NCBI GenBank assembly: GCA_964016885.1
Contig: OZ024751.1
Location: 40,238,001-40,302,000 of the forward strand
Length of the DNA: 64,000 bases
Direction: 5' to 3'
Origin: Eledone cirrhosa
Lineage: Eukaryota
Position 1 is the stretch's first letter; each line of letters opens with the position of its first letter. The translations under genes were made by a program, and so were the position numbers. This document shows, in pieces, positions 54,336 to 64,000 of this stretch. Under the pieces are notes generated by a model that had not been told where the DNA came from, made no database searches, and saw only the letters and a program-made list of their open reading frames with translations.

Positions 54336-54744
54336 AACGTGTAAAATATTATCACAAATGCAATTTAAAAATTAATTCATTTTCCCCAATAGGAAAGTTG
54401 ACCTCGATGGGATTTGAACTCAGAGAGCCGGAACGAGTACCGTAAATCACTGTATCCGACGTTCTAATGACTCTACCAATTTGTCACCTTGATAAATAGA
54501 TAGAGAAGGCTGAACGCGATGCAGATAGGACATTGTCGTTAAAAATTAATGGTGAAGGGAATGCACATGTTTCAGCCTTATTATACCTCTTGAATCGACT
54601 GTTTGTAACTTTTTTTTTCTTTTTTTTTTACACATGAAAATTATATAAGTAACTTAGCAATTCGATAAATATTGATTAATGAAATAGGAGTCAATTGAAA
54701 AATACATAGCAGTCTAGGGGCAGTGGATGATGTCTAAAAACATC

Positions 54745-55040
54745 TGACTGATAGAATGACTGGTGGCCTCGGCGGACAGAATGGAGAAGGCGTTTTCCCG
54801 GAGGATGGCAAGGGAGACGCGCTGGAAAAGCCATTCCAGCTCACACCTGCGGCTGGCCAGCTCAGCGCCTATGGTGGTGAGTAGGGAGGTAGTCCTAGGG
54901 CCGAGGACACCAGAAGTCTCCACTGCCAAGGGTACAACCGCAAACCTGTCGGAGAGCAACCGGTATTTGAAGAGTTTGGTCTTCTCAGCCCGACGTGCAG
55001 CAGAACCTGGGTTAGTCGCAGACTGCAACAAGTTGCGGCT
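54745..55040 (-). mobile_element. CRE-type non-LTR retrotransposon fragment, C-terminus of the restriction-like endonuclease
   Basis: AE..K..KY...F.P.AVETSG..G...LFQRVSLAILR.NA.SIL motif. Confidence 0.8.
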
Positions 55041-55410
55041 TGAAATGAATGAAAACATTTTAGAACTTTTTGAGCATTTGTCCCTTCCCTTCCCACCTTT
55101 TTCGTCTTATATTTATGTTGCATGTATTCTAAATAAAGATAAACTTAAAAAGTTTTTTGACAGGGCTTAACTATACAACTATTATTACAATATAGATCAT
55201 TATCATCATCGCTTTCGTTATGATCTCCCCTGAACTCTAGTCATCAGTAAACCTCTCTAGAGAAAAAGGTAGATATGTTGTATCTCCAGAACATCTGTTA
55301 AAACATAATCAACGTTTCAGAAAAAATACCCAGAATAGGTTGTTTTTTTTTTCTTCTTTTTAGCAATTGTAAATTGTTGGTCTTCACATAGATAAACATT
55401 TTTGTAATTA

Positions 55411-55519
<109 letters not shown>

Positions 55520-55979
55520 TTATATATACATATATATTTATATAGAGATATATATTTATTCATTCACTTATTTATTTAATTGTTTATTTTATTTTATGTA
55601 TTTATTTTATTTATGTGTTTATTTATTTGTCTATTTATTTATTCATGAATCTGTTGTTGTTTCTTGTTTTAATGTATAAATCCTGATGGAGTCGCAATGG
55701 CCGCTGTGGTGACATACAGCGGGGTGTTTCGGGCATTTCAGAAACCCGGAACAGCCCAGCCATCTCTAGGTCAGAATCGAGCCAATTCCTTCCAGAGAAG
55801 GAAATAGAGAGAGAGATAGAGAGAGATATATAGATAGATAGAGAGAGAGAGTGAAAGAGAGAGAGAGAGAAGGAAACTGTTTGCCTTCCTAAAGCTAAGC
55901 ATGTGGTACCAGGTGGACTCAGGTATTGTTAAGTGGTTAAGAAACTCGCTTCGTCTCAGACTGTGACGTAAGGAATTTG

Positions 55980-56021
<42 letters not shown>

Positions 56022-56178
56022 TACGCAGTTATATGTGTATATATATCTGTATATATACACATATATATGTGTATATATATACATACACACATACAAATAT
56101 ATATGTATGTATACAAAAGGTAAACAGAAATAACAAAACAAAGGACACATATAATAATACATACATACACACACACAC

Positions 56179-56234
<56 letters not shown>

Positions 56235-56744
56235 ATATATATGTATGTATATATATATATATATATGTATGTATATATATATATATACATAAGAGAAAGT
56301 TATGGAGCAGTAAGATCAAAGGTAAAGACAGCGGGGAGTTGTTGGATATATCTGTGTGAGTTAGCCGAGGGAAGGAGAGAATAGAAATATTTCCATAAAA
56401 TGGTACACCTGAGAAAACAGCGACATGGGAGCAGTATACCAGATGTACGGAAATACACGAACATGTACGGAAACGTACGGAAACGTACGTAAGTATTTAT
56501 TGAAGCAGAGAGGTTAATTTTAGAACAAAAAGTTTCGGGAAAAGTTGCTCCCTATTTGGTTATTTAAGGGTGCTGGCATTGCTACTAGAAGAAAGATAGA
56601 GGCTGAGGAGGCTGGAAAACAATAATAACAACATTAACAAAAATACTCCATGAAACTGATGGTGGAAATTTGACTATGAAGGGACCAATAGTTTACATTT
56701 AGGGAGAGATACATACATTTGTTGGTCGTCTGCATATTCAGATA

Positions 56745-56760
56745 TATACGTATATGTATG

Positions 56761-56808
<48 letters not shown>

Positions 56809-57346
56809 TATACACACTCATATATATATATATATATACATATATATACACACACACACATATATATATATACATATATATATACATATATATACACACA
56901 CACATATATATATATATATACATATATATATACATATATATACACACACACATATATATATATATATATACATATATATATACATATATATACACACACA
57001 CATATATATATATATACATATATATATATACATATATATACACACACACACATATATATATATATACATATATATATACATATATATACACACACACATA
57101 TATATATATATACATATATATATACATATATATATACATATATATACACACACACATATATATATATATACATATATATATACATATATATACACACACA
57201 CATATATATATATATATACATATATATATACATATATATACACACACACATATATATATATATACATATATATATATACATATATATACACACACACATA
57301 TATATATATATATACATATATATATACATATATATACACACACACA

Positions 57347-57378
<32 letters not shown>

Positions 57379-57410
57379 CATATATATACACACACATATA
57401 TATATATATA
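56745..57410. repeat. TA/CA compound microsatellite
   Basis: Seen directly. Confidence 0.95.
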
Positions 57411-57520
57411 TTGTTATACTTTGGGAGGGTCATTGGCAACATGACCCCCCCAAAGTATAACAATATCGGTTTCAACACACGATTTCAGATAAAGAATCTT
57501 GCTAAACAAATTCAGAAACG

Positions 57521-57585
<65 letters not shown>

Positions 57586-57864
57586 CATATATGTATATAT
57601 GTGTCTGTGTGTATATATATATATACAGTATATATATATATATACCACATTTAAACAAGACGGCAGTGTCATCCAATCCGCACCACTACACCACCACCAC
57701 TACCACCACTACACCACTACACCACTACCACCACTACACCACTACCACCACTACGCCGCCATAAACACTTAACCCCTATTTTTGTACTAAACACCTATCT
57801 AAACATTTACCCTGGTGTGTACCTCGGTGTTAGTTCTTATTACTACATCTTTTGTTGAGGGTAA

Positions 57865-58372
57865 CACACCACCACCACCACCACCATCTCCACCCCACCG
57901 CCACCACTACCACAACCACCACCACTACTACACTCACCACCACCACCACTACCACTACCACACTCCCCACCACCATCACTACTACACTCCCCATCACCAT
58001 CTCCACCACCCTACTACTACACTCCCCACCACCACCTCCACCACCGCCACTACCACACTCTCCACCACCACACTCCCCACCACCACCACTACCACTACCA
58101 CACTCCCCACCACCATCACTACTACACTCCCCACCACCACCGCCACCACCTCCACCACCACACTCCCCACCACCACCACTACCACTAGCACACTCCCCAC
58201 CACCATCACTACTACACTCCCCACCACCACCGCCACCACCTCCACCACCACACTCCCCACCACCACCACTACCACTAGCACACTCCCCACCACCATCACT
58301 ACTACACTCCCCACCACCACCGCCACCACCACCGCCACCACACTCCCCACCACCACCACCACTATCACCTTA
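57865..58372. repeat. CAC-rich repeat with a 90-bp higher-order unit
   Basis: cactccccaccaccatcactactac at 58101, 58191 and 58281. Confidence 0.9.
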
Positions 58373-58469
58373 CCAACATTCCTTCTATCCTTCCTTCCTT
58401 TCTTCCAACATCCTATTATCCTCTTTCTTTCTATTTCTGACTCTTGACAGGTAATCACTGCTACCTTCA

Positions 58470-58500
<31 letters not shown>

Positions 58501-59597
58501 TATATATAATACACACACACACACACACACGCATACACACATATAACACACACACACATGTACTTACAAGTAACGGAACAGAATCAATGAAGTAAAGGTT
58601 GATGGGAGGGGTGTTTAGCAGATCCCTTTTAAAATTATTGGGCCAAGACAACAGGTAGGACCTTCGAGAGAACCTTTTTATAGGGAGGAACAAGACTGCT
58701 TTCAGGTTCCAATCGAGGACGGTTCGCTCCCCTAAAAATTCAAAGGTTTTGAATATTTGTGGGCTTTTTTTAGCCTCGAAGCATCAAACATTCATGAATT
58801 CCTTCTTGGCTTTCTGTACCCCAGATCCTGGCCCATCGCCAGGGAATGAGGGACGGGGTGAGGATTTGTTGTGCACTTTCAGATTTAGAAAAAAAATACT
58901 GTGATATCTTTATTCCGAAACTCTACCTCAGAATTGTTGTGAATTAGTGTGGCCACCCTGAAAGCTCTGAAGCCCCACCTCAACCCCACCCCACGCTCCG
59001 AGCACGAAGTTTCCCGGATCGTATATCAGATATCCTCATTATCCATCTTATAGGCCCTGCGTTCCTGAAGCCCCCTCCACCACCATCCGCCACCATGCTC
59101 CCCGAGTACCAAAACCTAACGATGAAGTTACCCGGATCATATACTAGATAACCTCCTTCCCCATCTTCTAGGCCCTGCCAGCCTGACCTCATCTTCTGGT
59201 TTAGCACCATTATAGATTAATCAGTAACAATCTGTTTCCCTTACAGTTACTCCAATACCGAAATTCTTTCCATATCTCATTCGAAGAATTTGATGACGAA
59301 TAAGAAAGAAGAGATATATAAGAATTATATATTACTGTTGGGGTTGTATTATTGTACGAAAATGCTTCTTTTTTTTTTTTTTTTTTCGGTTGGCTAACGA
59401 GAAAAAATATGGTTGGCAAAGTGACAAAAAAACCTGCTGTCTGGAAAGTGTGCTACATATCTGAATGCCAATACCAAGGAAGTTGCAATAAAGACTAACA
59501 GAACTCATTCTTCTTCCTATACGTATTACTTTCATCTTTATTCACCAACCTTCAACCTTTATCCTTGACAAAGACCAGCGCTTCCATTTTTGTAACC

Positions 59598-60155
59598 TAA
59601 ACCATTTTTTCATAATAAACAACCACAAACATTTTTTAGTTCTATCACACTAAGCTATTTATTTTAACATGTTTATATTTATCTAAAAACGTCCATCATA
59701 ATTTCATGTAAGACCCTTTATCATATTACTAAACCCTTCCAAATTCTTGAATATTTTCCCCTATAAATACAGTAACGAAAGGGTTAAAGTGTTTATCTTT
59801 ATCTAAAAGCCTTCCTTCATAGTTTTATAAAGCAACTTTGTAAAGTTATGTTCCAAACACCTGCTTAACAATGAAAACTAAATCTCTCCAAATTCTTTAT
59901 TATTTTTAATATGATTAGAAAACCATAGATAGTATATTTCATTAAAAATATGCTAAAGCAAAGGTTAAAGGTTTTGTTTCTTAATCTAAACATTATAATT
60001 TTATATAAGCAACTTAGTTATATTCCAAACACTAGTTTAATAGCGAGGAAGTTATTTATATTACGGAATCTTTCTAAATTCTTGATTATTTTCAAAATGA
60101 TTTCAAAATTAGATGGAGTGTCTTTCATTAGAAATATGGCAATGAAATGGTTAAA
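59598..60155. mobile_element. Three tandem degenerate piggyBac-type MITE units
   Basis: gaaagggttaa-like ends near 59787, 59968 and 60154, each with tatctaaa and ttccaaacac motifs. Confidence 0.55.
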
Positions 60156-60331
60156 CCACTTAGTTTTTAAATCTAGATGAGAGTTTAACAACATCAGTAA
60201 ATCACAGTAGGTTATAGATTAGACAGGAATAAGTGGAAGTTTATTTGAAATGTAGAGACCTAAATGCAGAAGAGATAAAATTACATTCTGTGCAAGTAAC
60301 TAACTGGTCGTCTGCTTGCAATGAATCTTAC

Positions 60332-60420
60332 GTTTTTTTTTGTTGTCAATGCCGCCATGTTGTGGTTCAGCTTCAGTAGCCGAGCTGTTGATATGTATGA
60401 TGTATATTTTCTGGCACTAC
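60332..60420 (-). other. Candidate first exon of a minus-strand transcript (MAALTTKKN, then GTAAGA donor)
   Basis: CAACATGGCGGC (YY1-like start context) around ATG at 60358; consensus donor at 60331. Confidence 0.4.
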
Positions 60421-60478
60421 TAGAAGTTAATATCAAATTCTTGCTTGCTAATGACTGAGTTTATTTATATAATAAGTG

Positions 60479-60510
<32 letters not shown>

Positions 60511-60625
60511 TGTATGTATGTATGTATGTATGTATGTATGTATGTATGTATGTATGTGTGTATATATGTATGTTTGTATGTACGTACGTACACACCACAT
60601 ACACGTACCTCATATATGCATACAC

Positions 60626-60703
<78 letters not shown>

Positions 60704-60783
60704 ATATATATACACATATATATGGGTATATATATATGCAGCAGTCACGAAGAAACATTACTATCTTACTAGGTGTGTACAGA

Positions 60784-60855
<72 letters not shown>

Positions 60856-61144
60856 TCTCTCACCCCCCCCTCTCTCTCTCTTTTCTCCCTCACTGACACA
60901 ACAAACCTTTACTTGTGGGAAGTCAAGTGTCTTTTAATAAACCGGAATAATCTAGACTGTCTAAAATTATCGTAGAAATTACCAGAAGATATTTCTACAA
61001 TTTTTTCTCTATCCGTCAACTCTATCCTTCAACTTATAGTTAATGTTGAATAACTGAAAAGGTTATAGGCTAACGAGAGAGCTTTCTAGATTGTCTGTCG
61101 CTTGAACGGCACACCCTTGCAGCGAGTGAGTGATGTAGGTATAC

Positions 61145-61208
<64 letters not shown>

Positions 61209-61224
61209 GGGTAAGTAGATAGAT

Positions 61225-63032
<1,808 letters not shown>

Positions 63033-63476
63033 ACACTTACACCCACACGCATCCAGATACAGGATCCTGTAAATATATGAGCAAACGATAAACGATGCTA
63101 TTTGTACATCTGTCAAGATGGTCTCTTTCTTCACCTAATTCCATGCAAAGTATTTCTCTATTTTTCCCGTAATCAATGGTAACTACAACATTTCTGCAGG
63201 TAATACAAACACCAAGTACCAAGCACCAAGCCTGCTTATATCTTGAGTGGGTGTTTGTCTCAATAACAACTGTTTATCTTGCAACAAACCTTTCATATTT
63301 CTTAATTACACGAAGCTGCAACATATTAGATGAGTTACGTTCTTACTCCGTAAACTAACGACGACAACATCTTTTGCTTTTCTTTGCTGCTAAAAATGTT
63401 CAGATACGTTGAAGGACTTAGAATATGGTACTACGTTTCGTTGTTGTAAAATAAAAAAATATATATGTATAAAAAC

Positions 63477-63509
<33 letters not shown>

Positions 63510-64000
63510 TGTATGTATGTATGTATGTATACATACATACATAGATTACATACATACATACATACATATTATTACATACATACATATTATTATACATAAA
63601 TACATACATATTATACATGCATTATTATACATACATTACATTACATACATATTATTATACATACATACATACATATTATTCATCTATTTATTAATTTACC
63701 TATTCAAATATATATATATATATATGTATACATACATACATACATACATATATACATACATACATATATATATATTTGAAAAGGTAAATTAAAAAATAGA
63801 TGAATAAAAAGAAATGTTTTGGCAGGTCTAGGCAGGAATTCAGTGTGTTGAATTTCACATGTACCTGTCTCGTATGTTGCATAGCTGCACATATTTACCT
63901 GTTATATATATATATATATATTATATATATATATATATATATAATATATATATATATATACTAGAACAGTTGCATACCTGTACATATTGCGTTAACATGT

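Noticed and set aside
57815-58557. Mucin-like and extensin-like ORFs
   Set aside because: CAC-repeat tract open in multiple frames; no credible exon boundaries

Overview
AT-rich, microsatellite-saturated animal genomic DNA. The SINE, LINE and MITE content suggests a cephalopod (octopus-like), but this is inference. The ORF track is mostly repeat artefact. Reading splice sites by hand gives the last 12 coding exons (227-22991, + strand) of a coiled-coil protein with a C-terminal transmembrane anchor, best matching SLMAP; its 5' part lies outside the window. The introns and the ~40 kb downstream hold a 2.4-kb 29/27-bp satellite, several minisatellites, a 5'-truncated RTE LINE with an open ORF, many RTE tails, tRNA-type SINEs, piggyBac- and pogo-type MITEs, Tx1/L1-type 3' ends next to (GATA)n tracts, and a CRE-type endonuclease fragment. 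The most notable signal is a family of fold-back elements inside (TA)n tracts that carry hammerhead-ribozyme cores. One copy (45903-45957) folds into an apparently complete type I hammerhead, and stem I covaries between copies, consistent with Penelope-like element termini. A possible disrupted minus-strand gene lies at 58.6-60.4 kb. Family assignments come from recalled motifs, not database searches.
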